A stretch of DNA of 64,000 bases. Source: Pedobacter sp. (GTDB taxonomy: Bacteria; Desulfobacterota; Desulfuromonadia; Desulfuromonadales; Syntrophotaleaceae). Below, piece by piece: positions 61,299 to 64,000 of the stretch; positions within the stretch are counted from its first letter, which is position 1; every line of letters starts with the position of its first letter. The position numbers and the translations under genes are program-made. A model generated the notes under the pieces. It saw only the letters and a program-made list of their open reading frames with translations. It had not been told where the DNA came from and ran no database searches. The stretch is taken from positions 936,679 to 1,000,678 of the forward strand of contig JBFWJC010000001.1 in NCBI GenBank assembly GCA_050253415.1. The letters are read 5' to 3'.

Positions 61299-61904
61299 TC
61301 AATCCTGGGCGCGTGGCAAGGCCCAGTTGTAATGAATCGCTAACAGGCGTACGGTTATAACCGTTACGGCAGCGATCAGCAGTGCTACCGAGCGGGTTAT
61401 ACCCAGATGTATGAGTGCAACCAGCAGTGCGCCGCCGGCCAGGCATGCGGAAGCGTAGATCTCCTTACGCAGGATAAGGGGGATCTGGTTGGCCAGTACA
61501 TCGCGTGTGATTCCGCCGGCCGTGGCAGTAATAACACCCATCATGACCGCACCGAGAAATCCAAGGTTAAAATGCAGCGCCTTTTCGGTGCCGATGACGA
61601 CGAAGGTACCCAGGCCGATGGCGTCGAAATAGAGCAGCGGTTGGCGCAGGTTGTCCATATGGCGATACAGCACAAAGGTGAAGAGCGATACCCCGATTGC
61701 CAGATAAAGATAGCTTTCATCCTTGAAACAGAACGGCGGATTGTCGCCCAGCAACAAATCGCGCAGGGTTCCGCCGCCGATGGCGGTCACAAGCCCTAAA
61801 ACCATAACGCCGAACAGGTCCATCCTGCGTCGGATACCAGCCCAGGCCCCGGAGGCAGCAAAGGCGGCAGTGCCGACAAGGTCGAGTGTGTAAAGCAGCG
61901 ACAA
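61299..61904 (-). CDS. TRIC/UPF0126 family membrane protein
   Basis: GT.AFA.SG, D.FG, GGGTLRD, DAIGL, GG..RD, EIYA; GGAGG RBS before TTG 61904. Confidence 0.9.
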   Translation of the reverse strand: MSLLYTLDLVGTAAFAASGAWAGIRRRMDLFGVMVLGLVTAIGGGTLRDLLLGDNPPFCFKDESYLYLAIGVSLFTFVLYRHMDNLRQPLLYFDAIGLGTFVVIGTEKALHFNLGFLGAVMMGVITATAGGITRDVLANQIPLILRKEIYASACLAGGALLVALIHLGITRSVALLIAAVTVITVRLLAIHYNWALPRAQD

Positions 61905-62130
61905 GATTACAACCTCCAACGATATGTTTAATGATACCTTTTGACCGGACAATAACAACAGGGCACGTAGCCGAATTGATTGTGATAAGATTAACGCGAT
62001 ATGATAACCGATGACAGGCCGTTCGTTAAATAACTAGTTTCTTATTGGCACGTTTTTTCTCTCTTTTGACTGTTTTTAGCAGAGTCATCCCGGTAGGGCG
62101 CGCCTGCTAAACCTTGAAAAAGGAGTTGGC

Positions 62131-62886
62131 ATGTTCCTGCCTTACGGAGATACCCCCAATCCGATAGCGCCATCGTATGTCAACTGGCTGATTATCGGCC
62201 TTAACATCGCCGTTTTCCTGGCTGTCACGGTGCCTCTCATGCTTGCACGGGTCGATCCGAATGATCCTCTGTTGCTTGAGTATTTACGCAGCTATGGAGC
62301 TCGTGGGTTTGTTTCGACGCAGGATATTATGCAGCATCTGTCTGCCTACGACCTGTTCGTTTTCCGATACGGTTTCAGGCCTGCGGCGCCCTCCCTGGCC
62401 AGTCTTTTTTCCTGCATGTTTCTGCATGGTGGCTGGATGCACCTTGCCGGGAACATGTTGTTTCTGTATATCTTCGGTAACAATGTCGAAGCCCGCCTTG
62501 GCAGCTTGCTTTACCTGCTGGTTTACCTGGTCACTGGCGTGCTGGCAACGCTGTTTTTTGCCCTGTTCGCACCTGGCTCCCAGGTTCCCCTGGTTGGGGC
62601 TTCAGGAGCTATTTCGGGAGTGTTGGGCTGTTATTTTTTATGGTTTCCGCGCAACCGGGTAAAAACTTTCATCTTTCTGTTCCCGTTTTTGATGACAACT
62701 GTGATGCTGCCGGCACGCCTGGTGCTCGGCGTGTACCTGATTCTCGACAACCTGCTGCCTTTTATCGTCAATGGCGGGGCCGGGGCCGGGGTGGCGCATG
62801 GCGCTCATATCGGTGGTTTTCTGGGGGGGCTGGGGTTGGCGTACGGGTTTGATCGATGGCGAGGGGTAACGCGTTTGCGAGTCTGA
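62131..62886 (+). CDS. Rhomboid intramembrane serine protease
   Basis: MFLHGGWMHL.GNM, GASGAISG, AHIGGF. Confidence 0.93.
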   Translation: MFLPYGDTPNPIAPSYVNWLIIGLNIAVFLAVTVPLMLARVDPNDPLLLEYLRSYGARGFVSTQDIMQHLSAYDLFVFRYGFRPAAPSLASLFSCMFLHGGWMHLAGNMLFLYIFGNNVEARLGSLLYLLVYLVTGVLATLFFALFAPGSQVPLVGASGAISGVLGCYFLWFPRNRVKTFIFLFPFLMTTVMLPARLVLGVYLILDNLLPFIVNGGAGAGVAHGAHIGGFLGGLGLAYGFDRWRGVTRLRV

Positions 62887-62922
62887 GCGCAAATAGGGCC
62901 GTCGACTGTGCCGACTGTTTAT

Positions 62923-64000
62923 TTAAAAAGGGAACAACCAGGGAATCAGTAACGAACCGAAGATCCACACCAGTATGTTGAGCGGGGCTCCGGTACGTAT
63001 GAAGTCCGAGAAGCGATATCCCCCAGGGCCCATGACCAGGGCATTGGACTGATGGCTGATGGGGGTCATGAAGCAGGAAGAGGCGGCAATCGCTACAGCC
63101 ATGAAAAACGGCCGAGGAGAGACCTGCAGGGTCAGCGCTGCGTGCAGTGCCACGGGGGCGATCAGAACTGCGGCGGCGGCATGGCTCATGATTTCCGTCA
63201 GCAGGGATGTCAGCAGGAAGAAGGCCGCAAGGACGACCCCCGGGCCCCAGTCACCGACCCCTTGCAGCAGTCGCTCTGCCAACAGGCTGGCGGCACCGCT
63301 GTTTTCCAGAGCCAACCCCAGGGGCAAGGTGCCGGCAATCAGGATGATGATGCGCCAGTCTATCGATTCGTAGGCCTCCTGCACGGTTAAACAGCGGCTC
63401 AGGACCATAGCCACCGCTCCGAAAGGAGCCGCCAGGGTGATCGGCAGAATTTCTGTGGTGGTCAGCAGAATCACCGCGGCCAGCACCATCAACGCCATCG
63501 GCGCCTGGCGCGGACGGTAAGGCACCGGGGCTACGCCGCCCAGCAACAGAAACCCGTGCTCCCGCCCCAAATGCATGACCCCCTCTTCGGCACCCTGCAG
63601 CAGCAACACATCACCGAACCGCAATTCCACATGATCGACTTTTTTCACCACCGGCGCGCCCTGGCGCCACAGGGCCAGCACGTTGAGCCCATAGGTTTCC
63701 CGGAACCGTACCTGGCGCAGGGTTTTGCCGACCATCTCGCTGTTAGGCGTCAGGGATGCTTCCACCACCAAAAGTTCTTTTCCGCGGTGTGGCGGAGGGT
63801 TGTCACGTTCGGGGAGCAGTCGCAACCCCTTGGCGGCCATTACTTTGAGAATCCCCTGGGGATTTCCTTCCAGAAAAAGGATGTCGCCTACACGCAGTTT
63901 GCGGTTACGGCGAGGTTGGGGAACTTTTTCCCTGCCGCGAAGGATGGCGCGTACCTGCAGCTGAAAATCCCTCTCCAGGCCGCTGCCGGCGATGGTCTGG
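62923..64000 (-). CDS. SLC13/CitT-like permease with TrkA-C domains; 5' part lies beyond the window
   Basis: Frame is open to the right edge; TrkA-C-type L..GD.L.L.G repeats, F.TPI.HQ.N..V..PG.Y.F.DF...G. Confidence 0.9.
   Translation of the reverse strand, partial: QTIAGSGLERDFQLQVRAILRGREKVPQPRRNRKLRVGDILFLEGNPQGILKVMAAKGLRLLPERDNPPPHRGKELLVVEASLTPNSEMVGKTLRQVRFRETYGLNVLALWRQGAPVVKKVDHVELRFGDVLLLQGAEEGVMHLGREHGFLLLGGVAPVPYRPRQAPMALMVLAAVILLTTTEILPITLAAPFGAVAMVLSRCLTVQEAYESIDWRIIILIAGTLPLGLALENSGAASLLAERLLQGVGDWGPGVVLAAFFLLTSLLTEIMSHAAAAVLIAPVALHAALTLQVSPRPFFMAVAIAASSCFMTPISHQSNALVMGPGGYRFSDFIRTGAPLNILVWIFGSLLIPWLFPF

Noticed and set aside
62045..62061. TTGGCACGTTTTTTCT upstream of the rhomboid gene
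   Set aside because: Good -24 element but no GC at -12; not supportable
1..64000. CRISPR arrays, IS elements, prophage, rRNA, full tRNA
   Set aside because: No spaced repeat array, transposase, integrase, phage gene or complete cloverleaf seen by eye

Overview
This is a GC-rich bacterial chromosomal window. Gene content and order (mgtE-recO-glyQ-glyS-ppdK, multiheme cytochromes, a Geobacter-style GEMM riboswitch, several sigma54 promoters) point by inference to Desulfuromonadales (Pelobacter/Syntrophotalea-like). The left ~32 kb is a patchwork of accessory and signalling genes; the right ~32 kb is mostly housekeeping (prfC, asnS, trpS, lon, polA, mgtE, recO, glyQS, ppdK, nfi). I saw no rRNA, complete tRNA, CRISPR array, integrase or transposase. 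The main leads are: (1) a sigma54-driven minus-strand cluster (4396-8912) encoding an atypical isoprenyl-diphosphate-synthase-fold enzyme, a SAM methyltransferase, a stand-alone exported Cache-like protein, an octaheme and a NapC-like hexaheme cytochrome; (2) an A20-type GEMM-I riboswitch (probable c-AMP-GMP) with a visible terminator/antiterminator before one chemoreceptor, plus a degenerate GEMM-like element before a second; (3) a Trp-rich leader peptide attenuator upstream of trpS, missed by the ORF track; (4) a tRNA-minihelix-like hairpin after trpS; (5) a YdbH-like bridge gene followed by a probable YnbE-YdbL fusion. All family assignments come from reading motifs by eye; no database searches were run.
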